Of a stretch of 64,000 nucleotides of DNA, positions 49,397-63,462 are shown one piece after another. Under the pieces are notes generated by a model, which worked only from the letters and a program-made list of their open reading frames with translations, ran no database searches and was not told the DNA's origin. The first letter of the stretch is position 1. Each line of letters starts with the position of its first letter. Position numbers and translations under genes: made by a program. The stretch is from contig CAVNZM010000009.1 in NCBI GenBank assembly GCA_963693365.1, positions 9,986,243-10,050,242 on the forward strand. The letters run 5' to 3'. The DNA is from Amoebidium appalachense (lineage: Eukaryota; Protista; Ichthyosporea).

Positions 49397-50468
49397 CCCG
49401 CCCACCCACCCACTACACCACACCTCGGAGCGCGTGCGCACGCACACACACGCTGGCCACAACGACCACCACCATCATCTCCCACCACCTACCCACTTCC
49501 GCCTCCCATCTGGATCTGCAGAAATCCCCCTGCCCATGTAGCCGTAAAACGAAGAAGGGGAAAAAAAAAAAAAAAAAAAAAATAGTAAATAGAATATGAA
49601 AAAAAAAAGGGGTTGGGGGGGGGGGTGGGGGGTGCGGTGGGTGGGGGGGAGATTTAAAAGAGTCGACGTCCCACACTCTTTCGGCATGCATTTATATTCA
49701 TTTGGAAGGGGTACGGGTGTTTCCAGGATCTAGGAATATATTCACGAGATATTGCACTTGCAGAACCCTCCAGGTGCGACCATGGCCACAACTCCGACCC
49801 AAAGAAAAAAAAAAGAAAAAAAAAACGGGAAAACCTAGGCATGTAACTAATGAATTCGAAACTGTCGCGCCAATAGAATCTAAATATAAGTAAAAAAAAC
49901 TTCGGCTATAGCTAGCATTTCATATATCATACGGTATCCCGGACTCGCGGGCTGGGCCGGGCCTTGCAACGTAGAAAAACTACGAATAGGGAACGATCAC
50001 AATTTTTTTCCACATGCGGGTCCGCTAAAAGTACGGTGCACCAGTTTAAGCTTGCAGCGACTGAAGCACAATGACACGTGACATGCATATATCTTACGGC
50101 ACACAATTGTTGTTGTTGTGGGCGAGGGGTTTTTGGGGGGAGGGGGGGGGGGGGGGGGGGGGGGTTGGGGAGGTGGGATCATGGGAGGAGGGGAGGCCCT
50201 GAGCTCGAGCCTCGTGGGGTGGGGAGGGGGGAGGGGGTGGTACCGGTTCGAAAACTATGATTACTCATAATGTATACGTGCCTGTACATCTTCTAAAATA
50301 CAACCTCAACGTTGTTCGGGTTGAATGTGCCGAGGGGGAAAAAAAAAAAGGCGGGGGGAAAGGGAGGGGGGGGGGGGGGGGGGGGGGGGTCTTTTCTCAA
50401 ACAGGCACGGCCCAATTATATTGCAGCTGCAGGGCTCATCTGATGATAGAGACTTTCAAAAAAAAATG

Positions 50469-50542
50469 TGGCCCTTACAGGGATCGAACCTGTGACCTTG
50501 GCGTTATTAGCACCACGCTCTAACCGACTGAGCTAAAAGGCC
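50469..50542 (-). tRNA. tRNA-Ile (anticodon AAT)
   Basis: GGCCTTTTAGCTCAGTCGGTTAGAGCGTGGTGCT-AAT-AACGCCAAGGTCACAGGTTCGATCCCTGTAAGGGCCA folds as a cloverleaf; T9 Pol III terminator at 50458-50466. Confidence 0.97.
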
Positions 50543-50710
50543 AGATGCCTACCACACAGCTAACAATGTAATATACCGAATTTCATTTGTTTTTAGCCCC
50601 TCGATCAAATCGGCGTGGCCCGCCGCCGGCGCTCTCTTGAAAAAGCACAGCCGGCGGGAAAAGCATCAGTGTTGCTGTGTGGGTGCCACGGTTCGCTCCA
50701 ACCACCAAAC

Positions 50711-51692
50711 ATGAGTCGCGTCAACTTCCTTATGGATCTCAGCCGCTTCATCGGCTCGAAGATCACACACGTGAGTGTTAGGTTGGGTTTTTGGTCTGCG
50801 TGGGGTTTGTGGTAGCGGGGGGGTGAGGGAGAGGGACTAGGAGAGCCAGCGTGCTTAGATGAAGCGTTGCCTACTCGTTACGTAGTGGCATGTGCTAGAC
50901 GGAACTTACAACTACCATCCTCTTTTTTTGTTGGCAGCGTCAAACCGCAACCTTCACGTGAACGCATGGTACTGATTTGTTATGTTGTTCCGTACTTGGT
51001 GTGTGTGGCGGACAGAGGTTGGGAGTGAGTGAATAGACAGGTGCGTTTCCATGTTTTTGACCTAAATGGGGAATGGCAGGACCCGCAACGCTGGGAGCAG
51101 CTGAACAACCGTGTGATGGGCAAGACTGCCGGCCCAAGGTATGTGTCTTGTTTGTGGCCATGATTGGCTGTTGTCCATTCATGTTTCTTCCTCCCATCTC
51201 TCCCCACCCCCTTTTCCTGCCTTCTTACCTCTGGCCTCTTTCCCTCTGTTCTGGTCTGGGGAAAAATGCATCTCTGTGTGCATATTATACGTAACGTACG
51301 CAGAGCACACGCATGAAGGGGCGCCTTTTGCAGGGACAGTTACATGCGCACATACACTGACACACGTCAGTGCACCACACGTATGCACACACACACACCA
51401 CACTCATTGAAACACCAGCACATGCGTGCATGCAGAACGAACATACACACACAGACACACACACATACACACACACACACATACACACCAACCCAGCTAC
51501 ATGTACAAGCACTGCATGTAGAAGTATACCCCAGGCAAAAGCTACAGCAGCGCACATGCTTGCATGCAGAAGCACGCGTACACGGGCACTTTACCCTACC
51601 CACCTACATACCCAGACACGCGAACACGTGTCCACACACGGGCATGCACACACACATACACACACGCGCGCGTGCGTGTGTGCGCGCGCGCG

Positions 51693-51728
<36 letters not shown>

Positions 51729-52081
51729 GGGCAAAGGCACAGTTGCAGACACAGAACGTATGAACACACATTCAGCTACACAGTAATACCATACACTACA
51801 TCTACACACCCACACACTCAGACCCCAAGTGCACAGTGAAACAAACGTCTTCACATGCCACACCTCTCCACGTACACATCTGATTTTGGGTATGAGCTGG
51901 GCCTAGGGTTACCTTTGAGTTAAGAGTACCTATACACACTCATACACACATAATAGGCAAAGAGGCTAGTGTTTATTTGTCTCTGCTTGCACAGGCACAC
52001 AAGCATGCGCACTTCGCCCATGCACGCGCATACACACAAGCATGCACGCAAGCTGGCGCACACACGCACGCGCACGAACAA

Positions 52082-52127
<46 letters not shown>

Positions 52128-53074
52128 CCATACACACACACACACACACACATGCCCATACACACACACGCACACACACACATACACCCACCACACGCAC
52201 ACTCACATACAAGGATTCACCCTTACCAGCCTACACACACCGACAACCCACACCTGCGCGTGCACGCGCACACGCACAGGCACAGGCACATGCACATGCA
52301 CACACACACACACACGCACACACACCGGCCATTCTTACTTTTTCTCTTCCTCGCTCCCTCCCTTCCCTTCTACCTGTCCCCCCCCCCATTGCCCTCTTTT
52401 TCTCCCTTCCCTATTTTCTCCTCCTCTGATTCCATCCCTCCCTTTCTCTCGCTCTCTTCACACCCTCCCTCTATCTTTCTTCCCCCCTCCCCCCCCCCCT
52501 TTCCCCCTCCTATGTTTGTTTCAGTGTTCTTGTACTCTGTACCACGTCATATGTCCTCCCCCCCCCCCCCCCCCCCCCCCCTCTCCCCCCCCCCTCCCCC
52601 CCCTCCCCCCCCCCCCCCCCCGCCCCCATCCACCTCCCCCCCCCTCCCCCTCCTTCCGCGCCTCACCATGCACCTATTCTGTTTCCTCCCTGCTCTCCAT
52701 CTTTCCTTCATTGTCAGGCTGTCGCCTGTTCATGTTTTTTGCAGAGGTCCTACCTGTTTTCAGCTTTTGCACCACTTGGTTTTCCGTGTGTGTCTGTCCC
52801 TTCCCCCCTCTCTGTGTGTGTGTACGTGTATGCGTGCCCGTTCACATGTGTATGTATGTTTGTAGGCGTGCATGGTGCGTGCTGTGTGTTTGGAACCTAC
52901 CAACCACATGCTCGATATTGGGAACTACTAACCACACCTTCCATATATGGAGATATTAACCACCTTCCATAATAGGGAGATAGCCTATGACATCAAGATC
53001 AAGGATGGGCCAGCCCACAAGCTGTCCAAGAATTGGTACTTTGAACGCGACCACAGGCGCGCAGTCGGTCCGTA

Positions 53075-53118
<44 letters not shown>

Positions 53119-53816
53119 ACACACACACACATACCCTACACACTCTGATCCCCCTCCCTTTCCCTGTACTTCGTACCGTGTTCCGCATTTTCAAACCCCC
53201 CCCCCCCCTCCCCCTCCCCCTCCCCCCTCCTCCTCTTGTTATATCTGCAAGGCGTTAGTCTTGTACTGCACTTCCTCCCCCCCTGCCTTCGCATGTGTCC
53301 TTGACTCCTTTGTGTATGCGTACTTCGGACCGTGTTCCGCATTCAAACCTCCCCCCCCCCCCCCCCCCCCCCCCCGCCCCCCCACCCTCCCGCCCTCCGG
53401 TTGAGCTTGGGCAGGCATACCTCTTTGCCGTAGCGCTATTAATAGCTCTCTGGTGTTCTTCCTCTTCTCCCTATCCTTTTTCTTCATTTTTCATTCAATT
53501 TACCTCCCCCCCCCCCCCTCCCCCCCCCTCTTTTAGCACTCCTAGTTGGCCCTTTGGGTGGATGGTGGAGGGTGGTGCATATGGGCAGATGAAGTGTGTG
53601 TGTGTGTGTGTGTTTGGGGGGGGAGGGGGGGAAGGGTGGAGGGGGGGGGAGGGGGGTGGGTGGGTGGGTGGGTGGGGGGTGGGGGGGGAGCTGGGGCAGG
53701 GTAAATCCTAAGTGGTGTATCTGCAGTGCCGGACTATGTGATCTCGGCACAGAAGTTGATTGCAGACGGCAAGACTGTCAGTGCCGGCAGGTGGGTGGCA
53801 GAGGTGCACATGCACA

Positions 53817-53908
<92 letters not shown>

Positions 53909-54075
53909 CACATCACTTGCGAACACGCAAACACCCACATACGCATGAAGGATATGCACACACACACACACACACACACACATACTCGCACGCACACACA
54001 CATACACACACGCACATGCACACACATGCACATCACATGCGAACACGCAAACACCCACATACGCATGAAGGATAT

Positions 54076-54145
<70 letters not shown>

Positions 54146-55008
54146 GCGCACACGCGCAATAACCCCCCCCACCCCCCTTCCCCTCCCCCCACCCCCTCCC
54201 CCTCGCCCCCACGTACACATACACACAGGCATACCCACACCCATATACACACAGATACTTGTGTGTACACACAGGCCCAACACACACTTACAGACGCACC
54301 CACCCACACACACAGCACACCACAACATCACGCCATATGCACGCATGCCCATACTGAACATTTCAATTTAAATCCTATCCCTGCTGTATTATCTCCCCCT
54401 CTCCCCCCCCCCCCCCCCCCCCCCCCCCCCGTCTCCCCGTTCGTGTGCTTCCTCAGTCTGCTTTGTGTTGTCCATCGTGAATGTGTAATTCGTGTAGCCT
54501 ATAACACTTTGAACCCCGTGGGTCGTCTATTTGCCCCACCCTTCTGCCCCCCCCCCCCCTTCCCCCCCACACACATAAAAAGATAAGCTCCACCCCATCC
54601 CATCTGTCTTTCTGTGTCTCCGTGTGTGTGGTTGTGTGTGGATGCGTGTGGGTGTGGGCGGGCAGGGACGGTGTGCGTGTGGAGGGGGGGCAAAAGAGGG
54701 GGGGGGCAAAAGGGGAGGAAGGGAGGGAAGGAAGAGGGGGAGGGGGGAGGGGGGATAACATGTTTAATGAGAAGATACCTCTCCTGTGTGCATATGATCA
54801 AACTTCTTGTGGTGATGGTCGGAGATAAGTTGGGTGGGTGGGGTGGTGTGGGGCGCTCACACGTGTTCCATGTGGTCACGGGTGCCTGCGTGTGTGCGTG
54901 GCTGCGTGCGTTCCTGCATGTATGTGCTCAGTGGACTCAGGTACAAAAACATGTGTCTGTTCGTGCCATTATTACTACTTTTATTATCAATATCGTGAAG
55001 TGCGGAGG

Positions 55009-55039
<31 letters not shown>

Positions 55040-55242
55040 CGTTACACATCTCCGCACGCATTTGCTTCAGTTTTCCTACACACACTTGCACATCTTTCTG
55101 CACGCGCGTGACACCTCTTAACCCTCTCTCCCCCAGCCTGCCCCCACGGCCCGGCAAGACGCTGAGCCCCAAGGACCGCACCAACGAATACTATCCCGAC
55201 TATGCTATCAAGGAGATTATGTCCCTGGAGAACTTCGGAAAG
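50711..55242 (+). CDS. NDUFA7: Complex I accessory subunit NDUFA7 (B14.5a)-like; exons 50711-50770, 51080 (or 51041)-51138, 52976-53067, 53727-53790, 55137-55242; terminal exon uncertain (perhaps 55800-55829)
   Basis: DGPAHKLSKNWYFERDHRRAVVPDYVISAQK matches the NDUFA7 core GPSHKLSNNYYxxRDxRR..PP. Confidence 0.8.
53166..53348 (+). mobile_element. Two short 3'-terminal fragments of the structured repeat
   Basis: gtacttcgtaccgtgttccgcattttcaaa + poly-C and gtgtatgcgtacttcggaccgtgttccgcattcaaa + C tract. Confidence 0.75.
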
Positions 55243-55248
55243 GTGTGT

Positions 55249-55364
<116 letters not shown>

Positions 55365-57025
55365 GGGGGGGGAGGAGAAGGGGGGGGGGGGGGGGGAGGG
55401 GGTTGTGTGTGTGTGTGTGGTGGTGGTGGGGGTGGGAGGGTCGGTGGGGGTTGGAGGGGGAAGGGGGGGGGGGGGGGGGGGGAGGGGGAGGCGGGAGGGA
55501 AGGAATGAAGGGAGGGAGGGGGGGGGGGGGGGGGGGAGGGGGGAGAGGGGTAGGGGATTAGGTGAGTGTCGGCATGGGGTTAGGTGATAATTAATGTGTT
55601 CTTGTGTGTGTACGGTGTTAGTGTTCACTATCGACTAGCTAGTGTGTCGGTATGACAATTTATTGAGGGGTTTTTGTGTGTGTCGGGAGTGTGCTTGGGG
55701 GGAAGGAGGAGGAGGAGGGGGGGGGGGGGGGGGGAGGGGGAAGGATTGGGGTGGTGGTGGTGGGGGGGGGGGGAGGGGGGCTGATACACTTTTGCGTAGA
55801 CTTGTGTTGTGTGTGACCACTTTGGATAGGTCTGGGGGTGTAATTTCGCTGGCCAGGGGGAGGGGGTTTGGGCTGGCCGTAAACTGACTTGTGGTACGCA
55901 TGGTGACAGACATGGTAACCGGCCCGTTTATGATGCCACCGACCCGGCTCGGCCCGGCCCGGCCCAGCAGCCCTCAATAAAGTTTATGTGACCAGCAGTT
56001 ATGAACAACATTATAGCATGAGTAATGGACGCCAAGAGGAAGCACTTGTCATGGTGCATGTGTGTGTGTTTTGGCATGGGGTGAGTGGCGTTTGGTAGGC
56101 AGGGGAGTGGGGTGTTTGGTGGGGGGTAGAAGGAGGGGGAGGGGTGGGAGGGTTCTTGGGCTGCCCAAATATTGGACTTTGGGTGAAGTGAGTTGTGCAC
56201 CCTTACCCGATTGGCTTGTGTGTGTAGGGGGAAGTGTAATATGTACGGCACCCCGTGCATGTCTGTTCTCATTTGTGCATACTATGGTAAGTGCTATCAT
56301 CTACATGTCTGAAATCGCCACTGAGTTGGTTAGGAATGCACATGACTAAATAGGATATGCCATAATGCCATTGCTTTTCCTGTCCTGTACCTATAACACC
56401 TAGACCAGCGTGGCCTCACCGCCTCAGGCAATGCTTGATTTAGACTCTCAAGATCTAGACGACCACCTGTGCTTTGACCAACGTAACCAACCTAGGATGA
56501 CCATGAACCAATAATTACAGGCCAAGGATCGTTGGTAATACTGAGCCCAGGTTTCCAACGTGAACAATCCAAGTGGCGCAGCTCAGGGAGATCTAGACGG
56601 TATATTAGAGCCTAGACCAGTTGCTTGCTTGGGAAAGGTTTACATAGAAACCTGCTCAGATGAGCTTATTGATGATTAACTTTTTTGATGTGCTTTAAGG
56701 GCGCGGAGGGGAGGGGTGGGGGGGGGGGGGGGGCGGAGGAAGGGGAAGATAAAATTGGGGAAGAACAATGAAAAGACTCGCGGAGGGAGGGGGTGGGGGG
56801 GGGGGGCGGAGGAAGGGGAAGATAAAATTGGGGAAGAACAGTGAAAAGACTCAGTACACCAGTCGTGATCCCCAGAGAGAACCCCGAAGGCCAGAATTAT
56901 CAAACCACCACTCATAATCAACATGAACTTGTTCTTCATTTCTTCCTTTTGTGTTGGGGACCGAGCCCCGCCCGAGCACACGGGCGCCATACATTCAATA
57001 GTCTACATCAAAACTACGCATACAT

Positions 57026-58451
57026 TTATAGCTTGTTGAAGGCCACGACATCCATGCTCTGCACATAATCCTCGAAAGCGGTAATGTGCTCCTCAAGGTA
57101 ATCAGTACCACACTTGTCATCCTCCACAACGCAAGTTATCTGCAGCTTCTTAATGCCGTAGCCGATCTCCACGAGCTTGGAGGTGCCCCACAGAAGACCC
57201 ACGCACTCAACAGAGCGCACACACTCCTCGAGCTTGTCCATGGGGGTCTCATCATCCCAAGGCTTGACGTCCAGGATGATCTGAGACTTGGCAATCACAC
57301 CAGGCTCTGTGGACGTGGAAGTGTGTGTGTGTGTGTGTGTGGAGGAGGGGAGGGGGGGGGGGGGGGAGGGGGAAGGGAGGTATACATGTTAGCAGAATGT
57401 TCAGGTTTTGGGTGGAAAAACAAGGAGCTGGCAGTGACCTCATGGAAGTTTATAATCAGGATTCAGAGATTTGGGTATAATAAATTTGGTGTAATCATAG
57501 GTCGCAGAGTTCCTTTGAAGCACGTTGCCTAGCTAGGCTTCAGCGAAGCACAAACAAGCGGAGCAAACATGGAACAGCACAGGCAATCACAGTTGTGTGA
57601 GTGAGCACGGAAGGCAGGAGTCGAGTATGTAAGCCTCAGCATAACCTGCTAAGGTAATGGTTTGAATAGCAGAGGGGGTGGGTTAGGGTATGGCAGGGGT
57701 GTGTGTCGAGCACAGGAGAGAGGAAAGAGGGGAAAGAGGAGCGCGGGGGGGGGGGGGGGGGGGGGGGGGGGAGAAATACTGGCAGCCTTCTTGGCATTGT
57801 ACTCTGCAAGGCGCTGTGCCTTAACCCTCTCCTTCTCCTCATCGTCCTCCTCGTCATCATCACCGAACAGGTCAACATCATCATCATCCTCAGCAGCAGT
57901 GGGCTCGGCAGCCTTGGGAGCGGCAGCCTTGGGGGCGGGAGCAGCGGCACCGCTCTTAATCTGCGTCTCGAGGGCAGCAAGGCGGGCCTCGAACTTGTTG
58001 TTTTCCTCCTCCAGCGCAGCAATACGCGCCTTCAGCTTCTCGTTCTCCTGCTTGAAGTGGTCGACCTGCAGAAAGAGACAACTGAGAAACTGAGACGCTG
58101 AGATTTCTGAAATGTCAAGCTTGTAACGTTGTCAACGTGGTCAAACACCAGGTAATTTTGAGACCTATCCAACGCTCCTAATTTAAAAGGAAATGCGCCA
58201 TACACATAACAAGAATCGGTGTTACTTGCACAGACACCGAATATGGATTTAACCAAGCGTGTTTTCTGGGAGAGGCGCCGGAGGCTACACATGCAGATGT
58301 ATCACCACAGAACTGGCACATCGGGAGCAAACCCTAAACTTTCTACACGGCATCACACGGGTACCGTCACTTAGAGACAGCGACGCCATGCTACAGAACT
58401 GAGCGTCCAACACAAATCCTATGCCCAGAGCTGAACAGTAATACGCACCAT
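57026..58451 (-). CDS. EEF1D: Elongation factor 1-delta/beta family GEF with N-terminal leucine zipper, 189 aa; exons 58451-58449 (ATG only), 58065-57780, 57306-57026
   Basis: [14 protein letters not shown] acidic region and [16 protein letters not shown]...[15 protein letters not shown]...[12 protein letters not shown]; the N-terminus is a heptad coiled coil rather than a GST-like domain. Confidence 0.88.
57434..57505 (-). ncRNA. Intronic box C/D snoRNA, copy 3
   Basis: Reverse complement has the same stem, boxes and guide; sense to EEF1D, in intron 2. Confidence 0.85.
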
Positions 58452-58461
58452 TTTCGCGTTT

Positions 58462-58478
58462 GAAGTGAAAAAAAAAAG
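58462..58478 (-). promoter_or_regulatory. 5'-TOP-like pyrimidine tract / TCT-type initiator of EEF1D
   Basis: cttttttttttcacttc about 10 nt upstream of aaaATG|gtgcgt. Confidence 0.5.
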
Positions 58479-59716
58479 TGGGTGTGACTGAGTTGTGTGT
58501 GTGGGAGGGGGGGGAGGGAGTCCGAGGGACACATGGGCCTGAAAATGGCAAACAGAGCTTGCATGCTGCCGAGAGTAGATTGGCCACTTGTCAGTCATAG
58601 TACATGCCGGGTCTTGTCAAGGTATATTGATGCAACCAAGAATAAGTAATGCAACAAACACACAACAGAATTCTTCCGAGTGTATAATTATTTGATTTTT
58701 TTGGTTAACTATATTATTAGAGCAAGCTCATACAGCCGGCCTCGAAAGGGTTTGGTTTGTCTAGTACAAAGGGAAGAGCCTCCATTCCGATCTATTTGTG
58801 ATCATGACCACGTGCCAAAGATCGATCCGGGCCGCTTGCGAATCAGTTTCGAGCAGTCAGCCTGCAGGTCAAATGACCCGAACCGATGACGTCACCAGGG
58901 TTGCGCAAACCACCTAATACATGCCGGATCAAGACCCCCACATGTATAGTGGGTTGTTGGTATAGTGTCCCCTGAACCATGCACAACAACATATACAATG
59001 GTCGCCCCTCCTTAGGACCACGAAGGAGACCCAGGCCTATGGGTGCAATAATCACGCGATTGTATCGTGCACATGCACGATTATATACGGGAGTGTGATG
59101 TCGCGATATATGCACGAGCAACATACATAGACTATGTATGAAAGTTTTGTGTATATACACTGTACGACAGTGTACGTAACATTGCTATTCTACATGTAGC
59201 CTTGATTGAACTCTATACCATACACGTGGTAAGCTATACAATATTGAATTACGTACCGAGTATAACTTTTTCTATGCACTCCTGTGTTATAGCTGTTCGA
59301 AGTTTTGAAAATCGGAAGGCTTATTAATTTTCGTATTTGGTGTATCTCGTTGGATATCATGAAGCTGTCTATGCGACTATCTCGCAGTGTCTGTATAGCA
59401 ACCGTTTTATGCATCCATTCTCAGACCTGTCTGACGCCCCGGCCTCAGAGTATAGCTATATATAGTCCTACTTTTTGTTTGTGTTATAAACGAAAACCTT
59501 TTTTTTGCACAGCAAAACTTTCCCCCAATATTTCCATATTTGGCTATTCAGTCAGATCGCTACAGTAAATTAAATACTTAGAAAATATATTGCCATGTTC
59601 GCATTTCAAAGTGCACGTGCCAAACCTCTTTTGTGGCCATGGTGGTATCAATAGTAAATGGAGGTGGACGGCAGTGCTGCTGCAACATGCTAGTGTTCTT
59701 TTTCTTTTTCGGTTGC

Positions 59717-59770
<54 letters not shown>

Positions 59771-59818
59771 ACGTGCGTGAACGCTTGCGTTTCCCTGAGG
59801 GGCCGGGGGAGGTGTGTG

Positions 59819-59851
<33 letters not shown>

Positions 59852-60778
59852 GTCTGTGCGTGTGTGTATGTCTGTGTGCATGCACGCTTGTGTTTCCCTG
59901 CGGGGCCGCGGGAGGTGTGTGTGTGTGTGTGTGTGTGTGTTTATATGCGCACGCGCGTGCACACTTGTGTTTCCATGAGGAACCGGGCAGCGGGGGGGGG
60001 GGGGGGGGGGGGGGGGGGTTATAGGAGGGTCCCTTGATACAGATTCATTAAATCCGTTTTATCAAAGTGCTCAAAAGTCGGCCAGCCGACTTTCACCAAC
60101 ACGTAATGCTGACAATGGTGACCGCAGTTACAGAGTACATGTCCAGTCACACTACGGTGGTGCACGTGTGTGTGTGTGTGTGAGTGTGTGCATGCAATGC
60201 AAGTGTGCATGTAAGTGTCCGTGTGTTTTGCTCTTGCCCCACACATCTCCAAACAAACAGGCATTCTGCACAATGTACGCACAAGCCTACCACTGTGTTC
60301 AAGTGGCTAACATAAGCCCCGAAATTATTCCTAGGCCAAAAAAAGGGGCAGGTACCTGCCAGCTCAACTCTCTGACGAATCCCCCCCCTCCCCTCCACCC
60401 CCTCTCCCGTAAAAAAAAAAAAAGGAAGAAGAAAAAAACGCAAAAAAAAAAAAAAAAAAAGAAGAAGAAAGAAGAACAACAAAGAAAAAGCAAAAGAATA
60501 ATGAAAAGAAAGAAAAGGAAAACCCAGGGCCCACCCAAGCGCCAAGCAAAACCAAATCACAAAGAAGCAACGAAACAGTGAAAGGAGGGCAAAAAAAATA
60601 ACAAACGAACAAAAGCATGACCAAAAGTGAGACACTTCAGGAGAGAAGGGCCTCAAGTACACGATATTGAATCACGGAGGATCGACTTGTTGCCTTATTG
60701 ACTGTTGGGTAGTGGTGTCTCCTGGCTGCCCTGGCGGTAGGCTTGGCCGATCTTTATTCTCAGATTGTCACTGTGTAC

Positions 60779-60831
<53 letters not shown>

Positions 60832-61358
60832 TGTGTGTTTGTGTGCGTGTGTGTGCAACGGTGGGGACCGGGGGGGGGGGGGGGGGGGGCGGCAGGAACC
60901 CACGTTCATTGTCAGGAAGGGGAAGGGAATGGAGGTAAGAAAGGAAGACCGAAGAGAACCATTTGCATGCAACTATGATCCTGCCTAGTATTAAAGCATA
61001 CGCAACAACCACAGAATAAAACCCAACTCAGAGAGAGAAACCAAAGATTGAAAGAAACTCAAGTCTCATGTAGGAGAAACGTAAGTGGCTGTGTGTACGT
61101 GGGTGCAAGTTATTCTTTTGGTGTCTCTTACAATCTTCAGATCTTTCATGTTTTACATTTCTGTACGTAGAGGGGGGAGGGGGGGGGAGGGGGGAAGGAG
61201 AAAGAGAAAGAGAGCTGAGTAAGAGAGAAGCTATATGAAGGGGGGGGGGGGGGGGGGAAGAGGAAGAGAGAGAGTGGGGGAGAGAGAGAGGGAGAGGGAG
61301 GGGGGGGGAGAGAGAGAGAGAGGGAGGGAGGGAGGGAGGGAGGGAGGGGGGGGGGGGG

Positions 61359-61484
<126 letters not shown>

Positions 61485-61635
61485 GTGGAAGCGAGGGGGA
61501 ATTTGGGATGGTGGGGGTGCTGGTGGCGGTGGTGGTGGTGGTGGTGTTTTTTTTTTTTTTTTTTTTTTTTTTTGGGGGGGGGAGGGGGGAGGCGAGGATG
61601 TGTGTGAGGGGGGGGGGGGGGGGGGGGGGGGGGGG

Positions 61636-61988
61636 TTGAATGTGGAACACGGTACGAAGTACGCATACACGACGAGAAGCATGGTGCAGGACACATGCAA
61701 AGGCAAACATTCAAGTATGCAACATCAGCCATGTGCAGAGTATGCGTCATAAGCAGAGCCCATCCTCAGGGAGGACTCAAGTCATCAATTGCGTCTGAGT
61801 TTCGACCCCTTAGCCCGCGTATATACGACGCTTCAACTCAAACAGCAGCATCAACTGAACTTGGGTGGGTCAACCCGTCTTGATCAAAGACGAGCAGGGT
61901 TGCTTATGCAAGCAAGGTGAGCAAAACGGTGAAGATGTGTGTGCAAGCTAATGCAGTGCAGCGAAAAATGCGTATGTGCTTACAGATG
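61636..61988 (-). mobile_element. Structured repeat, subfamily B
   Basis: Near-identical to 14177-14530. Confidence 0.85.
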
Positions 61989-62162
61989 CACGACACAGAG
62001 CAACCATGCCCGGTTCCATGGAAGTAAAGCGGTCTCCACACAGTGGTCTGTCCTGAAAGGACACCTCTGAAAGAAGACTGGGGGGGTTTGAATGAACGTG
62101 CGGGGGGGGGGGGGGGGGGGGGGGGAGGGGGGGGGGGGGGGAGGGGGGGGGGGTTGGGTTAC

Positions 62163-62314
62163 TTTGAGATGCAGGCACTGAGGTTGCGGACAATAATGTT
62201 GTCGACTGTGATCTGATAGTCGTCAATAACCTTGGACATCACGCTGATGTGCTTGTCCGCCTGTGTACGTGTGTGTGTGTGTGTGTACGTGTGTGTGTGT
62301 GTGTGTGTGTGTAC

Positions 62315-62345
<31 letters not shown>

Positions 62346-62563
62346 GGGGGGAGGGGGGAGGGGGGGGGGGGGGGGGGGGTGTAAAAAAGTGAGATTTTCT
62401 CTATATCACAATCCAACCGGCAAGCCCATTCGTTGAAAGTGACCTCATAAATGTTTATAATCAGAATTCAGAGATTTGGGTATAAAATAATAATTGTAGA
62501 ATCACTGGCCACATATTGGATGGGAGATGTTGGAGTTGCTTGTGCTTGTGTAGTGCTCATGTG

Positions 62564-62601
<38 letters not shown>

Positions 62602-62691
62602 TGTGTGTATGTGTGTGTGTGCATGTGTGTGTGTGTGTTTGTTTTCTTTTTTCTTTCTTTCTTTCGTTCTTTCTTTCATTCTCTTTTTTTT

Positions 62692-62722
<31 letters not shown>

Positions 62723-62780
62723 GGGGGGATGCCGGGTCGGTAAGTGGTGGTGGTGATTTTTTTTTTTTTTTTTTTTGGAA

Positions 62781-62824
<44 letters not shown>

Positions 62825-63329
62825 TGTTCTGGCAGAGAGTAAACGAGAACGGGGAGGGTAATGCGAATGTGTGACAAAGGAAAACCACACAGAGCATGTG
62901 GGCAACAACATAAGCGGCACATTCTCAGGTGTGAGAGGTGGTGGGAAGGATAAAGTGCGTGCGAGGGTGGGTGGGTTGAGGGGGGGGGGGGGGGGGGGGG
63001 GGGGGGGTAGTTGGTACATGATTACATACAACACTGTGCAAAATACACATACAACAGAATGCAGAATACACATTCACGACGGACAACAAAATGCGGATAT
63101 TCTTAAGCGCACACAGAGGGTATGCATCATAAATGGAGTCCTTCTCATGGCGGCAGAAAGGGAAGGGGAAAGAGGAAGAGAAGGATGGGCGCGGGGAGGG
63201 GGGGGGGGGGGGGGAGGGGGGGGGGGGGGGGGGGTGCAATACGTTAGCCAGATTTGCGCCACTGAAGACATTTGAGAGGCTCCTGATCAGACCGTACTGC
63301 GGGTCAACACCGTACACGGGCTTCATGTC
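62163..63329 (-). CDS. Unidentified spliced gene, internal exons 63329-63243 and 62260-62163; further exons likely on both sides
   Basis: Clean AG/GT boundaries, compatible phases: DMKPVYGVDPQYGLIRSLSNVFSGANLAN-ADKHISVMSKVIDDYQITVDNIIVRNLSACISK; the intron hosts a sense snoRNA. Confidence 0.5.
62439..62512 (-). ncRNA. Intronic box C/D snoRNA, copy 4
   Basis: gtggcc/ggtcac stem, C box GTGATT, guide tatacccaaat + CTGA, D box ATGA. Confidence 0.8.
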
Positions 63330-63419
63330 CTGCTCAGGGTCGGGTCAGCAGGTTGGCTCGTCTCGAATCGATATCCAAAATTTTACGTCACACATGTCAT
63401 GCTACACCTCTCCCTTACC

Positions 63420-63462
<43 letters not shown>

